Below, one piece after another: positions 37,911 through 52,601 of a stretch of DNA of 64,000 nt. Below the pieces are notes generated by a model, which was not told the DNA's origin, searched no databases, and worked only from the letters and a program-made list of their open reading frames with translations. How positions within the stretch are numbered: the stretch's first letter is position 1; each line of letters opens with the position of its first letter. The DNA lies in contig CM000151.3 in the NCBI GenBank assembly GCA_000004695.1, positions 6,976,001-7,040,000 on the forward strand, written 5' to 3'. The stretch is from Dictyostelium discoideum. Lineage: Eukaryota. Position numbers and translations under genes: made by a program.

Positions 37911-38202
37911 TATATATACAAAAATAAAATAAAATAAAAAAAGGTTTCGGTTATTTTTATTTATTTTTATTAATATTTTGTTTTTATTCAACACACATAT
38001 ATGGATCTCTGTTTATTAATCAACACCCACACACTTATCAAACAAACAAACAAACCAACCAAACCACCTCTTTATAAATAATTAGAAATAATAATAATAA
38101 TAATAATAAATAAATAAAAAACAAACAAAATAATAATAATAATAACTATTACAATAAAGTAAAGAATATTATTGAGTTTTAGATAATAACATCACTACAA
38201 AG

Positions 38203-38235
<33 letters not shown>

Positions 38236-38396
38236 AAATTGTAATTTTATTTTTAAATATTAACTATAAAGCATTTTAATATTTTCCATACCTATATTCT
38301 AGCTGTACAGTTTATCATCTGAAAGAGTTAATCACATTATAATTATAAATAAAAAAAATATATATATATAGATAATAATAAAAAAATAAAAGAAGA

Positions 38397-38977
38397 ATGA
38401 GCACACCAGATAAGTCAAATAAAGCTAAAAGAATTGAAGGTGATTATCACGAACCAGAATACATTAGTATAGTAGTTAGTGATCCAACTAGAATTGATGA
38501 ATATATTACTTATAAAATTACAACAACTGTATGTGTTTAGTACTACTCCTATTACAAAACTATACCATACTATATATATATATATATATAATTAAACACC
38601 AAACTAAATCATATCTTATTAATTATATTTTATTTTATCTTATTTTATTTTTTTTATTTTTCAGACAACATTCCCAGAATATAAAGAAAGAGAATTTAGT
38701 GTTAGAAGAAGATATAAAGAATTTGTTAATTTAAGAGATCATTTAAAACAAAAATTATCAGAGAAACCAAAAGCAATTAAATTTGGTGAATTATGTCCAT
38801 TACCAGGTAATAATCTTTCATCATTATTTGGTCAAGGTTCGTTTTGAACCTGAATTTATTGAAGAAAGAAGAAAAGGTTTAGAACAATTTTTAAACTCTG
38901 TTGCAAATCATAATTACTTTAGATTCATTCCACTTTTACATAAATTTCTTCAAGATCAATCTTTAACTTTATTGTAA
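38397..38977 (+). CDS. Small PX (phox-homology) domain protein whose reading frame is interrupted. Exons 38397..38528 and 38665 onward. Frame A stops at 38845-38847. The PX domain continues in frame B to 38977.
   Basis: Exon 1 ...EYISIVVSDPTRIDEYITYKITTT, then GTATGT. Acceptor tttttCAG at 38663-38664. Exon 2 TTFPEYKEREFSVRRRYKEFVNLRDHLKQKLSEKPKAIKFGELCPLPGNNLSSLFGQGSF*. The canonical PX continuation RFEPEFIEERRKGLEQFLNSVANHNYFRFIPLLHKFLQDQS is in the other frame. An indel of +/-1 nt lies near 38838-38842. Confidence 0.6.
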
Positions 38978-39057
38978 AAAAAAATAAAAATAAAAATAAA
39001 ATAAAAAATAAAAAAAAAAAAAAAAATAAAAAAATAATAAATCCTTGCTCACCATCG

Positions 39058-39121
<64 letters not shown>

Positions 39122-39379
39122 TAATTATAATATTTCATTTCTTTAAATTTATTTTGTGGACTGTGACACATTCCCAATTAATTAAAATAAATAATTTTGT
39201 GTGAAAAAATAAAAAAAATGGCTTTTTTCATGGACTAAAAATAATTGTTCCAAAAAAAAAAAAAAAAAAAAAAAAGTTTAATGTTAAAAATATAATTATA
39301 TTTTAAATTTATTTATTTATTTACTGTTTTTTTTTATTTTTATTTTTATTATTTTAAAAAATTATTTTTATTTAATTAT

Positions 39380-40036
39380 TTAAAACTTTGGGAATAAATT
39401 TTGATTGATAAAATAATCGATTTGTTCTCTAACGAGGGCTTCAGTGATTTCTGGATTATCGTATTTGAAACCAAGTCCTTCAATGGCGGTACCATCAACA
39501 GAGAGATGGGTATTTGATAATAACTCTTGATCAATATATGGAGTTAATGGAGTGTTTGAGATACCTTTATCTTTGCAAAGATCAGACCATGGTTTGAGAT
39601 GTTTATCATTGACCTCTTCGCAAACATCTTTCATTTTAAGGGAAGCAACATTTGATAACATGTTACCAACGAAACCAGTTTTGATTGCAAAGATTTTCTC
39701 TAAGATCTTGCTGATGGTTTGTGCATCAGTGTCACCTTTATCGGAAAGATTGTAAACATCACCAACTTTACCATTTTGAGAAAGGAACCATAATGCTTTA
39801 CAGACATCATTGACGTGAACAGTGTTATATTTCAAGTCACCATCCCAAAGGAATTTCATCTTTTCATTTGTATGTTTATAAACTGCACCAGTGATAATTC
39901 TTGGTGAAATACCTAAAATATCACCTGGACCATAAACAACTGATGGACGAACAATAATTAAATTTAATCTTTTATAATAATTAATAATAATAAAAAAAAA
40001 GAAATTAATATATATATTTAAAAAATAGTTTATAAA

Positions 40037-40089
<53 letters not shown>

Positions 40090-40617
40090 CATTATTATTA
40101 TTATTATTACTTACCCATTAATTTCTTTTAAAGCTTTTTCAGCTTTAAGTTTATGAGAGGCAATGAGTGTCCATGGATCAGTTTTATCACCTTCTTTTGA
40201 TGGTTTTTTATTTGAACTGTAAATTTGAGCAGTTGAAACTTCAATGAATTTATCAACACCAACTTTGGCGGCTTCAGTGGCACATTTGACAGAGACATCA
40301 TAAACTTTTTCATTATAGACGGCATCAGTTTGACCATATTTAGTTTCACCGGCTAAATTGAAGACAATGTTGAATTTTCCACCTTCTAATGTGAAGCATT
40401 TGGTGATTGAAGCAGCACTGGCTAAATTACCTTGCATATATTCTACTGATGGATCAGCAAAAGCCTCGAGGTGCTTAGCACCTAAAAAGGCAGTTGCTGG
40501 TAAAACTTTATCTGCAACACGAATTTTATTACAACATTTTTGTTCAACTAAATATTGAACTAAATTTCTACCAATGAAACCTACACCTCCAAGAATTAAT
40601 ACATTTGGTTTTGACAT
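39380..40617 (-). CDS. NAD(P)-dependent epimerase/dehydratase family protein (Rossmann fold). Two exons: 40115..40617 and 39380..39968.
   Basis: N-terminus MSKPNVLILGGVGFIGRNLV (GxxGxxG). Donor gg|GTAAGT at 40114. A 144-nt intron contains (ATT)n. Acceptor ataaaAG at 39970-39969. Exon 2 G-LNLIIVRPSVVYGPGD..., typical of this family. Confidence 0.75.
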
Positions 40618-41212
40618 TTTAAATAATTATTATTATAAATATATATGTAGTATACAAGTAATTTAATTTATTATTATTATTATTTTTTAATATTTAAATA
40701 TATAAAAAAAATAAAATAAAATACAAAGACAGAAAAAAAAAATATAATACAAGTGAACAGTGACTAAATAAAAAAAAAAAAAAAAAAAAAAAAAATTAAA
40801 AAAATTAAAATTGAAATATTAAAAAAAAAAAATCAAAAAAAAAAAAAAAAAAAAAAAAAAAGAAAAAAAATTAAAAAAAATAAAGAAAAAAAAAAAAAAA
40901 AAAAATTGGTTTTTTTTTTTTTGTATGAAAATAATCAAAAAAAATTAAAAAAAATGGGTTTTTTTTTTTTTTTATATGAAAATTTTTATAATATATCTTT
41001 TCTTAGTTTAAACTTCACTTTTTTTTAATTTTTTTCATTTTTTTTTTTTTTTTAATAATTATTATTTGTTCAAAAAAGATTGTCGATATATTTTGTGGAC
41101 AGTATTTTAAGGAAAAAAAAAAAAAAAAAAAAAACCAAAAAAAAATAAAAAAAAAGTTTATTTATGGAATATTTTTTATTCTCAATCTGAGATTAATCTC
41201 GATGGCTTTTTT

Positions 41213-41254
<42 letters not shown>

Positions 41255-41423
41255 GCACATATTTTTTTTTATTTATCTATTTATTAATTTTATTTGTTTT
41301 TATATTTATTATTACAGTTAGATTATTGTTAATTATTATTATTATTTTTTATTTTTTTTTTATTTTTTTCTCCATCTTTCGATTAATGTGGTTATCTCTT
41401 GTCTAATTTTTCAAATAAATATC

Positions 41424-42900
<1,477 letters not shown>

Positions 42901-42917
<17 letters not shown>

Positions 42918-44250
42918 ACCAAGTGCTTTTGAACAAATCCTCTTGATTCACTATTAATAGTTTATTCATTATAAATAATTTCCAAAAGAATTCATAATTT
43001 CTAATATAAATTTGAATTGGTTGTTGCTTTTCATTATTATTATTATTATTATTATTAATTCTATTATCAATTGTAATTGAATTCTTATCTGGTAAATTTA
43101 AAATTATTGAAATTGAATTAAACTGATTTAAATAATTTAAAAAGAAATCTAAAGCTGTTAATTGATTTTTTGAAGGTTTAATTAAAATTGTTGTATTTTC
43201 TAAAGGTGGATTTGGTTTTGAATAAATTTTTAAATTCTTTTCCCAATGTAATTTACCAGCTTGATATAATATTCTTGGTACAGTTTTAAATGCAGTTATT
43301 GGATAATTTATTAAAAGTTTACTTAAATCACCAACTGTAATTGATAATGGTTTCTTTGTTGACCATAATCTGGTTAAAATTATATAATCATATAAATCCA
43401 AACTTTTATTATCATTATCATTCTGATGTAAAGTTTCTAAACTATAATGTTTTAAAGATGACATTAAATTAATTCTAATATCAAAACAGTTTTTAGTAAT
43501 ATCACTAAAATAGAAATCATATGCACCATCTAATGAATTGAATGGGCTGACATGAAAATCTTTTGATGATGAATATCTCTTTAAATATGCATTATTATCA
43601 ATTGAATTCTTGAATGGATATTTTAAATTTGAATCATTAAATTCAGTTGGTGATGGAAAATAAAGATGTGTTTCACCAAATGTATTATTAATTTCAACAA
43701 CTATTTGAATTAATTCTTTATTTCCATTATAACAATAATAAAAACTAACTGGATTAAATGAGTCATTGAAATATCTTGGATTAGTAATTAATGTTATACT
43801 TTTAATTGATTCAATATTTAATTTTAAAATATTTTCATTATAAAATTTAGTTTGTTTATTTGTTTCTGATTTTTCTGATTTTTCTGATTTTTCTGATACT
43901 TCAGATACTTCAGATACTTCAGATACTTCTTCTTGTTCTTGTTGTTGTTCTTGTTGTTCTTGTTGTTGTTGTTGTTGTTGTTTTTCATATTCATTTATTA
44001 ATTTCTCTTTATATAATTTTAATCTATTTATAACTTTTTCTTTAATTGTTTTATTTTCATCACCCATATAACCAGTATTTTTAATTGAGATTAATCTAGT
44101 TTTATTATATCCAAATAATGAATTATCTAATTTACCACTTTCTAATTCATCTAAATCAAAAAGGAAATAATAAACTGCATATGAAAATGTATGTTTTATT
44201 GGATTAATCCTTGAATGATAAACATTACACATATAAATCTTTGACTCCAT
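42901..44250 (-). CDS. DUF1365-family protein (bacterial homologs accompany cyclopropane-fatty-acid synthase) with poly-Q and SEV/SEK repeat inserts.
   Basis: MCNVYHSRINPIKHTFSYAVYYFLFDLDEL...ITLITNPRYFNDSFNPVSFYYCY...IVVEINNTFGETHLYF...FHVSPF...LTRLWSTKKPLS...RILYQAGKLHWEK matches the DUF1365 conserved blocks. Confidence 0.7.
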
Positions 44251-44259
44251 TATTATTTC

Positions 44260-44305
<46 letters not shown>

Positions 44306-44724
44306 GTGGTATTATAATTATTATTTGAGTGAGTGGGTATTTCTTTTTTATGATATATTTATTTTTATTTTTTTTATTTTTTTTTATTTTTAAAAACTGA
44401 TTTCCATTCCCAATAAAAAAAAAAAAAAATAAAAAATAAAAAATAAAAAAAAAAAGTGAAAATAAAAAATTAAAATAAAAAAAAAATGAAATTAAAAAAT
44501 ATCTTTTTAGAAATCAGATGGCGACATCTTGAAATTCAAACAAGTTTTATTTATTTTAATTTTTAAGATTATGATTTATAAATTTTTTTTTTTTTTTTTT
44601 TTTGAGAATGTTGTGCACCAAATTTAAATAAATTAAAAAAAATGATCATTAATAGAAAAAAAAAAAAAATAATATCCTCTTGACAGTTTTATTTCGTTTT
44701 TGTTATAATTAATAATTATTATTT

Positions 44725-45453
44725 TTATAATTTCATACATGTTCTATAATACCCAATATCATATTCTGAAAACCAGAAATAAAAATAAGAGAAATAAAAT
44801 AAACCATGGCCAACAACTAAAAGAAATCTGACAAAAGCATGATAATAAGCACTATTGGTTAATTTTGGAAATTTATTTTCCACCATAATAAACAGAGCAC
44901 ATGATATTAAACTAAATGTTGACCATGGCATGCAAACTTGTTTTGTTATTGAAGTTACAATAAATTCATGAAAGAATCCACTAAATATCATTGTTGTAAA
45001 TAAACAAATCACAGTTTTAACTTTTAATAATGATTTCCTAATAATTTTAAAAAAAAAAAAATTAAATTGGTTAGTATATATATATATATATATATAAGAG
45101 GGTATTATTGTTATTATTATTATTATTTATTATTTATTATTTTAATAATAATTACATATCAGAAAACATATGTCTATATAACCAATTATGAACAGGCTTT
45201 GACCATTGAGTTAGAATTGATTTTGTTGTAACAGCTGCCCAATAATCATTGTAAAATGATAATCTATCATTAAAACCTGATATATCTGCCAATAATGATA
45301 AAGCGCAATGATACAATAGATAATATTGTAATTGAAAATTAATTTCAGTGGGAATTATGATTTTAAGGAATGAGTATAAACTCAATTCCTCTGTTAAAAC
45401 TGGAAAAATATATTCAACATCTATATATTTAATTTTTTTTAAAAAAACAAATG

Positions 45454-45514
<61 letters not shown>

Positions 45515-45803
45515 AATAAAAATAAAGTAAATAAAAAAAAACCTTACTTATATAATGAGCAGTCATCATAATAACCATTGAAGAATACAATTCTTTAAGC
45601 ATTGAAATTATTCTTGTTTTTAATGGTTCTGGTTTTAATGTTTTTGATACTTTTCTAACTTCATAATATTGATCATAAATTAAAGTTGGTGTAAATAAAA
45701 ATATAAAATAATCCTTTGAAACCTCTATATTTTTTAAAATTTGAAATCATTATAAATTAATATAATTTTTACATTTTAAATCCCCACATTAAAAGATTAT
45801 TAA

Positions 45804-45837
<34 letters not shown>

Positions 45838-46745
45838 TTACCTACCCCAAATTGTTTTAAAATCTTCATTATAACTAATTTGACGTTTTGCAATTTCTTT
45901 ATTAAATTCTATTATTTTTAATTCCTCATCTTTAGTATTTTTATTGTTATTATTATTATCACTATCAGTTTTCTTATGAATTATTAAATCTTTATTATTA
46001 ATTTTTTTTTTATGTAATACTTCATAATTTGTTACAATGAAATAAGAGTGTTGTTTCCATGATAATACAATTGCTACTAAACCTAAATAGAATTGAGTAC
46101 CCAATGGATAGATTTGACGATATAGAATGAAATAAGCTGACCATGTTCCAATAATTAATTGCACAATTAAATAAAATGAAAATAATGCTATCTTATTATC
46201 CTTTCTAAATAACCATTTACTAAAATAATTATTTTGATAACAAAAATTAAATAATGCCATTAAAAATGACATTGCATACATTACCTTTTTTAATAAAAAA
46301 AAAAAAAAAAAAAAAAATATTAATATTAAATTATTAAAATTATAATAAAAATTAAATAAAAAAAATTAAAAAACATACATACAGTTAAATCAATTATTAA
46401 TTCAAATGGATTTACAAAAATTGTTTTAAGAACTGATGCATGATGAACTAATTTATTGATACCATGATTTTTACCATCAATTGCAAAATAAAGTAAAATT
46501 AATGAGAATATTAAGATTCTATTTCTGTGAACAAATTTATGGAATGATTGTTTAACACCTGGTGGATCTTCTAAATCTAAAAATGCTTTTGAAATTGTGA
46601 ATTTACGATCATAAGTTTTACCATCCACAAATATAACTTGATCACTGTAGAATGGTGTTGCTTTACTTGATGAATTTTCATTCTTTGGTATAGTTGAAGT
46701 AAATGATGACGATGATGTTGATGTTGATGAACTAGTTGAGTTCAT
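44725..46745 (-). CDS. dgat1: MBOAT-family acyl-CoA:diacylglycerol/sterol O-acyltransferase (DGAT1/ACAT type). Five exons: 46383..46745, 45846..46284, 45548..45724, 45156..45420 and 44725..45037.
   Basis: Conserved blocks SFYNDYWAAVTTKSILTQWSKPVHNWLYRHMFSDM (FYxDWWN ... WNxPVHxWxxRHxY) and IFSGFFHEFIVTSI (FFHEY). Donors GTATGT, g|GTAGGT, a|GTAAGG and at|GTAATT, with phase-consistent (T)nAG acceptors. Multiple TM segments. Confidence 0.75.
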
Positions 46746-47840
46746 TTTTAATTTATTTAAATTGTTATCAATAGTTTGTTTATTTATTTATTTATTTATT
46801 TTTCCAATATTTTTTTATTTTTATTTTATTTTTATTTTTATTTTTTTTTTATTTTTATATTTTATATTTTATTTTTATTTTTATTTTTATTTTTATTTAT
46901 TTATTTGTATCTCTAATGAAATAATAATGAAAAAAAAAAAATGAATAAAAAATTATTTTTATATTAATGAGTTATTATTAAAAAAAAAAAAAAATTAAAA
47001 AATTATTTTATTAAAATAAAAAAAAATAAAAAAAAAAAAAACAACACAAATTATTTTTTTAATATAAAAAAAAAATAGGTGTTCAAAATCAAAAAGACAC
47101 ATTTAAAATTTGGTTCAAAAAGTGGCCATTTTAGGAATTCACAATCATTATCGCTATTCTCAAATTTTTTTATTTTTTTTATTTTTTTTATTTTTTACTT
47201 TTTTACTTTTTATTTTTTTCCTTTCAATTCACTTTTTTAGTTACCTATATGATGACCATAGTGTAATCAAATTTTATCTAAAAATAAATAAAAAAACAAA
47301 ACAAAACTTTTTTTTTTTAATTTACAAACAGGGGCAACAAAAATTAAAAAAAAAAAATAAAAAAATAAAAAAATAAAATAAAAATAAAAAAAAATAAAAA
47401 AAAAATAATTTTTTTATTTTTATTTTTATTTTTTTTTTTTTTATAGTAATGACAGGAATTTTCTTATTCGATTTCTGTTTAACTTTTCAAAAAATATCGA
47501 TTTTTTATTTACCTTAAAACATTTTTTTTTTTTTTTTTTTTTTTTTTTTCCGGGCTTCATTTAAATTTAATTTAATTTAATTTAAACGAACATAAAAAGA
47601 TATTTTTGGTACTCAAGTACTTTTTTCCTTCTCTCTTTTTTTTAAGTTTTTATTTTTTTTCAAGCTGAGAAACCTATTACAATTTTTTTATTTTTTTGTT
47701 TTTTTTTTTTTTTTATTTAAAGTTTTTTTTTTTTTATTTAAAGTTTTTTTTTTTTTTATTTAAAGTTTTTTTTTTTTTTTTTTTTTTTCTTTTTTTTCTT
47801 CTTTTAACTTACTTTATTATTATTAAAAAAACGAAAAAAG

Positions 47841-48615
47841 ATGAAAGTTTTAATTTTATTAGTTTCATTAATTAGTGTTTGTTTCTCACAAATTGCTCCA
47901 AAACCAATTATTGTTGGTGGTGTTTATAGAGGTGGTGAAACTTGTAATTCACTCCAACCACCATACACTTGTTCATCAGATGATTTAGCAGGTGGTATTA
48001 TGATGCGTCAAGGTGCTTGTACCTATTTCAGAGGTTTATCAAATTTACCAACAACTTATAATTCTTCAAGTGATGGTTCATCTGTTATTCAATATACTTA
48101 TTCAGCAGATGATTATTTCTGTCAAGGTAAATAATATATATATATTATTTTCTATTTTTAGAAAAATCCCAAAAAAAAAAAATAAAAAAAAAATGAAAAA
48201 TTAAATTAATAAATTAAATATATATATATATATATATATAGAATCACCAATTCAAACCCAAACAATTAGCAATGGTGATTGTGAAGCTGGTTGTTCAAAT
48301 GATAAAATTTCATATCTTTATAATTTATCATCAGATTCAAATGATCAAGTTCCAAAGAATGCAGTATTAACTATTAAATCACAATCTAGTAATTGTGCAA
48401 CTGATTGGGAAACTACATGGGAATCTATTGAATATCTTAATACTGATACTTGTATTGTCGATGAGGTTACTGGTGGTTCATTCAAAGTTAGTTGCACTCA
48501 AGGTGGAATGACAATTTATTCATATGCCGCACCAGGTTGTACAAATAATCCAAAAGTATATGGTGTAGGATTTTACACTGACTCATGTGACGGTTATCAA
48601 GTTTGTAGTCTTTAA
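47841..48615 (+). CDS. Secreted cysteine-rich protein of unknown function. Two exons: 47841..48126 and 48242..48615.
   Basis: Signal peptide MKVLILLVSLISVCFSQ. Donor g|GTAAAT at 48127. The intron contains (TA)n. Acceptor tatAG at 48240-48241. Exon 2 ESPIQTQTISNGDCEAGCSN...GCTNNPKVYGVGFYTDSCDGYQVCSL. 16 Cys in total. Confidence 0.65.
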
Positions 48616-49053
48616 ATAATAATTCTTTAATACAATTAATTCATGTAATTTCACATGTTTTCAATAATTATAACAATAATAATAATTAAAAAAAAAAAAA
48701 AAAAAAAAAATTAAAAAACATTCTGTAATATATTTTGGTCATCTAGTTTTATTATATTATTTTTTTACTTTATTTTTTTCATTCTTAACCTTTATTTTTT
48801 TTATTTTTTTTTATTTTTTATTTTTTATTTTTTTTTAAAGAATTTAATATAATAAATGTAATATTTATTTCGAATGGCGAACTAAATAAAATTTTGTTTT
48901 TTTTTGTTTTTTTGTTTTTTTTTTTCCTTTTAGAATTTGTACAAAGAGAATTATTTATTAATTACATATATAGAATTATTGGTTTGTTTTTTTTTGTTTT
49001 TGTTTTTTTTTTTTTTTTTGTTGCTCATTGATAATTGTTAGTTGATATTGCTT

Positions 49054-49299
49054 CTAATAATAGGATGGTGGATAGAATGGTTGGCCCATTGGAGGTGGAA
49101 CTCCCATCATTGGTGGAGGAGCACCATAGACAACTGGTGGAGGGACCATGCCTTGAACGAATACTTGTGGTTGAACGATACCCATTGGAGGTGGAACTAC
49201 CATCATTGGTGGAGGAGCACCATAGACAACTGGTGGAGGAACTCCTGGCATGATATATGGAGTTGTGGTTGTATAAGCATAGTGGTGGTGATGACCCAT
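49054..49299 (-). CDS. Small His/Pro-rich protein with an internal tandem repeat (GxVPPPVVYGAPPPMMxVPPPMG x2).
   Basis: 81-aa ORF MGHHHHYAYTTTTPYIMPGVPPPVVYGAPPPMM... About 45% GC, distinct from the flanks. The plus-strand ORFs 49035..49253 and 49042..49401 are antisense artefacts. Confidence 0.4.
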   Translation of the reverse strand: MGHHHHYAYTTTTPYIMPGVPPPVVYGAPPPMMVVPPPMGIVQPQVFVQGMVPPPVVYGAPPPMMGVPPPMGQPFYPPSYY

Positions 49300-49776
49300 T
49301 TTAAAATATTATTATTATTATTTATTATTATTTATTATTTACTATTTATTATTTACTATTTATTTATTATATTTATTATTTATTTTTATTTATATGTTTA
49401 AGAGGTGTTCCCAAGTTTTTAATAAAATAAAATTCAAAAACAAACAAAAAAAAAATAAATAAAATTAAATAAAAAAAAAATTAAAAAAAAATAAATTAAA
49501 AAAACAAAAAATTAATAAAAAAAAAATAAAAAAAAAAAAAAATAAAATAAAATCTGAGATAGCCACAAATTTTCACAAAACACAATTTCGTGTAAAAAAA
49601 GCTCACATAATTGCAATAAAAAAAAAAAAAATAATAAATATAAAAATAAATTCTAATTTTTTTATATTTTATTTTTAATATTTGGTCGTTCCCTTTTTAA
49701 ATAAATAAGTTTTTTTTATGATTCGTACTTTAATTAATTTTTTATGAATTATTTTTTTTTTTTTTTCTTTTAATAG

Positions 49777-49941
49777 TTTACAAAGTTTGGTCTTGTAAAG
49801 AAAGTTGTTGAACTCTTATTTGAAACAGTATTACATGTTAAATCGAATGAATTTAAATTAGAATCATTTGATGATAATAATGATTTTGATAATGAAACAT
49901 TTGATGATTTATTTGATAATGAAATAATTGATTCTAAAAAA
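49777..49941 (+). CDS. Conserved small acidic exon (FTKFGLVKKVVELLFETVLHVKSNEFKLESFDDNNDFDNETFDDLFDNEIIDSKK*). It is preceded by an in-frame stop inside a (T)n-aatAG acceptor, so it is probably the 3' exon of a short gene whose 5' exon I could not place.
   Basis: 55 codons open in about 80% AT DNA. Paralogous open copies lie at 51420..51578, 53413..53583, 55005..55160, 57005..57172 and 58417..58599. The copy at 60911 has a premature TAA at 60974, and the copy at about 63296 has lost the AG acceptor (tag to taa). Differences between copies are substitutions or 3n indels. No in-frame ATG, so an upstream exon is required. Confidence 0.3.
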
Positions 49942-51044
49942 TAAATAAAGATAATAATTAATTAGTAAATTGTTTATTAATTTTTTTTTTTTTTATTATT
50001 TTTTTTTTTTTTTAAAAAAAAAACATACTGAATAACATTTTTTTATATTTTTTAATTTTATAAATTTATAATATTTATTTTTTAATTGATAATTGATTTT
50101 GTTTTTGGTTTAAATAAAAAAATAAAATTCTATAAATACTTTTTTTTAATTTTTTTTTTTTTTAATTTTTTTGTTTTTTAATTTCCCACACTAAAATAAC
50201 CTTACCTTACCTTACCCCTCCTTTGGTCAACCACTACTAAACTCTAAACAAGAGATATTAAATTTTTTATTTTTTTGAAGGAATTATATGTTGACATACA
50301 AATAAAATAATAAAGTAAATAGATTTATTTCGGAAGTATGATACTAACAAGTACAAGCTTATGATTTTATCATCTTTTAATTATAAAACAGCTTGTTTTT
50401 TTTTTTTTTTATTAATCATTTTTTTATTTTTCACTTTAAATTAATATGATTCTATCATCATTGTTAAATTGAATTTATAAAATAATTGTAACATCATTAC
50501 ATCAAAAAAATCATCATTTAAAATCCTCAATTATTTAATATTAATTAATCAAAGGAAAAAAAAAAATACTTAATTTTCCAATGATACTCACCAGTTTCAT
50601 TGGAAAATTAAGTATTTTTTTTTTCATTTTTGATTATGGTAATTATGAAGTTTTGATGGATGTTTTGATTTAAAAAGGCTACAATAAAAATAAAAAATAC
50701 AACTTAATAATTTTATTTTTTCAATTTTTAATTAAATTTGTAAATCTATTATTTTAATTACTTTCCATTATAATTTTTTTTTTTTTTTTTTTTTCTATCC
50801 AATTTTGTTTTTCATCAAATTTTTAAAAAGAATTCATGGATACAAACATGACAAAATCATTAATACTTCGATAGAAATTCAAGATGAAAAAATTTTTTAC
50901 CTTCATATATTAGTAATAAAAAAAAAAAAAGAGAATTTAATGGTTTTCTTCCTTTTTTTTTTAAATAATTTTCAATACATAAATCAAACTCAAAGAATAC
51001 AAAAACACCAAAAATATTAATAATACCAATATAATAGAATTGAT

Positions 51045-51215
51045 ATAAAACCACCAATGGATGACATTAACAAATAATAAATTAATCATTAAAACAGAAT
51101 TAACATGTGTTTCAGATAATCATATAGATATATTAATATTAAATATTAAATTCTCGTCATTCAAGGTGAAAAAATAAAAACATGATTAAACAACAACATT
51201 TAATCTTTAATTGGC
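51045..51215 (+). pseudogene. Decayed fragment of the sHSP gene.
   Basis: accaccaatggatgacattaacaaaTAAtaaattaatcattaaaacagaattaacatgtgtttcagataat...attcaaggtgaaaaaataaaaacatgattaaacaacaacattt aligns to hspG codons about 40-95 but has stops and loses both ends. Confidence 0.65.
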
Positions 51216-51219
51216 AAAT

Positions 51220-51263
<44 letters not shown>

Positions 51264-52601
51264 TTACAAAAATTAACATATAATAATTCATTTTTTAAAA
51301 GAATATAAAATTATTTTTTTTATTTTATTTTTTATTTTAAATATATTGGTCGGTCCCTTTTTAATAAATAAGTTTTTGTTTTATGATTTCGTACATTAAT
51401 TTTTTTTTTTTTTTAAAAGTTTACAAAGTTTGGTCTTGTAAAGTATGTTGTTGAACTTTTATTTGAAACAGTATTACATGTAAAATCAAATGAATTTAAA
51501 TTAGAATCATTTGATAATAATGATTTTGATGATGAAACATTTGATGATAATGAAATAATTGATTCTAAAAATAAATAAAAATAATTAGTAATTTGATTTA
51601 TTTATTTTTATTTATTAATTTTTTTTTTTCTAAAAATACCTACTAAATAACATTTTTTTAATAAGTTTTTATTATTATTTTTTTTTTTAAATTTTTTGTT
51701 TTAATTAATAATTGATTTTATTTCTGATTAAAAAAAAAAAAAATAAATTTCTATTTATAGTTTTTTTTTTTTTTCCAGATTTTTTTTTTTTCTTTTTTTG
51801 TTTTACCCCAGTAAAAAAAAAAATTAATACTGGTTCAACACTACTAATCCTTTACAATAGATATTGAATTTTTTTTATATTTTAGTAAAATGTTTATGTG
51901 GACATACAAGTAAAATAATAAAGTAAATAAAAAAAAAAACCAAAGTGTATGACACTAACAAGTAAAGGATTATGATTTTATTATTTTTTTTTTTTTTTTT
52001 ACATTTTTCCCAACCACTTTAATTATTTTTCCATATGATTCTATCATCATTGTTAATGTTTTGTAAAAATTATTTTAATTTTCATACAAACATCATTTTA
52101 AATCATACCTATGATTTATTTAATTTTTTAAAATGATTATAAAAAAAAGGAAAATTAATAAGGGGTCGCATAAAATATAAAAAAATAAAAGTAAAAAAAA
52201 AAAAAGGGACAAACCCACAGCTCCACACAAAATTACTTTTCACCACTTTAATGCTGAAATTTTTACATCCAACCAATCTTAAAAATTAAACAACAACACA
52301 AATTTTTTTTTTTTTTTTTTTTTTCATTTGAATTTCATTTGTTTTCCACACAAATTTTAAAAAGAATTAAATGACATTTCGATGGCATGGTCAATAATAC
52401 TTCAATTGAAATTCAAGATGCAAACAAATTTATAAGTGTCATTGGAAAATAAATTGAAAATTTTAAAAAAAAAGAAAAAATATAAATTCTTTTTTTTTTT
52501 TTTTTTAAATACTCACCAATACATAAATCAAACAAACAAATAAAATTTATTACAAATAAAAGCACCAATAATATTAATAATAACAAAAATAAATAATTAA
52601 A

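Noticed and set aside
40020-40108. (ATT)n tract between the two epimerase exons, considered as a separate repeat feature or coding poly-I/N.
   Set aside because: It lies inside the intron (donor at 40114, acceptor at 39969) and is not coding.
52370-52440. Possible heat-shock element (GAAATTC within tcgatagaaattcaagatg) upstream of each sHSP copy.
   Set aside because: Spacing is GAA-n1-TTC, not the canonical nGAAnnTTCn arrangement, and only a single inverted pair is present. It is retained only as a conserved unit-specific motif.
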